From: a virus
Strand: one strand, 5' to 3'
DNA: 6,114 bases
Virus record (IMG/VR): IMGVR_UViG_3300020030_000142
Coordinates: 1 to 6,114 of that record
The notes under the pieces are model-generated. The model did not search any database. It saw only the letters and a list, made by a program, of their open reading frames with translations, and had not been told where the DNA came from. Position numbers and translations under genes: made by a program. Below, one piece after another: positions 5,998-6,114 of this stretch (position 1 is its first letter; every line of letters starts with the position of its first letter).

Positions 5998-6114
5998 TAA
6001 AATACCGGAGCGGGGCGCTCCTATAAGGAAGTCGCTCCGCTCCGTTTTTCGACCAGGCCCTACGCGGGCGGCGGGTGTATATCGCTCAAACGCCGCGATG
6101 GGCTTCTAGTCCTG
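5996..6114. repeat. Terminal direct repeat, copy 2; the same sequence as 1..119
   Basis: Identical 119-nt string. All elements listed at 1..119 recur here at +5995. Confidence 0.97.

Noticed and set aside
5924-6109. A 61-aa Arg-rich + strand ORF in the GC-rich region could be a small basic J-like DNA-binding protein.
   Set aside because: It has a TTG start and lies on the strand opposite every real gene, whereas microviruses transcribe one strand. It sits entirely in hairpin-forming GC-rich DNA, where open frames arise easily, and has no promoter context.
1-6114. I scanned for tRNA, rRNA, CRISPR arrays, integrase or transposase, toxin-antitoxin genes and defence genes.
   Set aside because: No cloverleaf-like T-arm (GTTCGAATC-type) was seen. 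There are no regularly spaced repeats and no ORF with recombinase or defence motifs. The genome is fully accounted for by phage genes plus one intergenic region.

Overview
The window is a complete circular Microviridae (ssDNA phage) genome. Bases 1..119 are identical to 5996..6114, so the unit length is 5995 nt and the repeat is an assembly overlap, not a biological repeat. All credible genes are on the minus strand, so the packaged mRNA-sense strand is the reverse complement of what is shown. Gene order along that strand: Bacteroidota-type promoter, 65-aa hypothetical protein, 27-aa transmembrane micro-ORF, 102-aa M15-family zinc peptidase, 559-aa HUH rolling-circle Rep (VP4), 580-aa major capsid (VP1), 147-aa scaffold-like protein, 371-aa pilot protein (VP2). 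These genes are tightly packed, with two ATGA start/stop overlaps and strongly T-ending codons. The VP1 N-terminus (FDLS...FTAKVGEILP), the absence of Shine-Dalgarno sequences and an exact TTTG-N19-TAnnTTTG promoter match suggest an Alpavirinae-like phage of a Bacteroidota host. Most interesting: (1) a putative enzymatic lysis module, micro-TM ORF plus M15 peptidase, where classical microviruses use a single-gene MraY inhibitor; (2) a roughly 61% G+C intergenic block of three adjacent stem-loops with three TATACA(C/T) motifs, one in a hairpin loop, as candidate origin or terminator; (3) all 11 leftover same-strand ORFs sit in the +1 frame of a real gene, which explains them as compositional shadows. 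No tRNA, rRNA, CRISPR array, integrase or transposase is visible.
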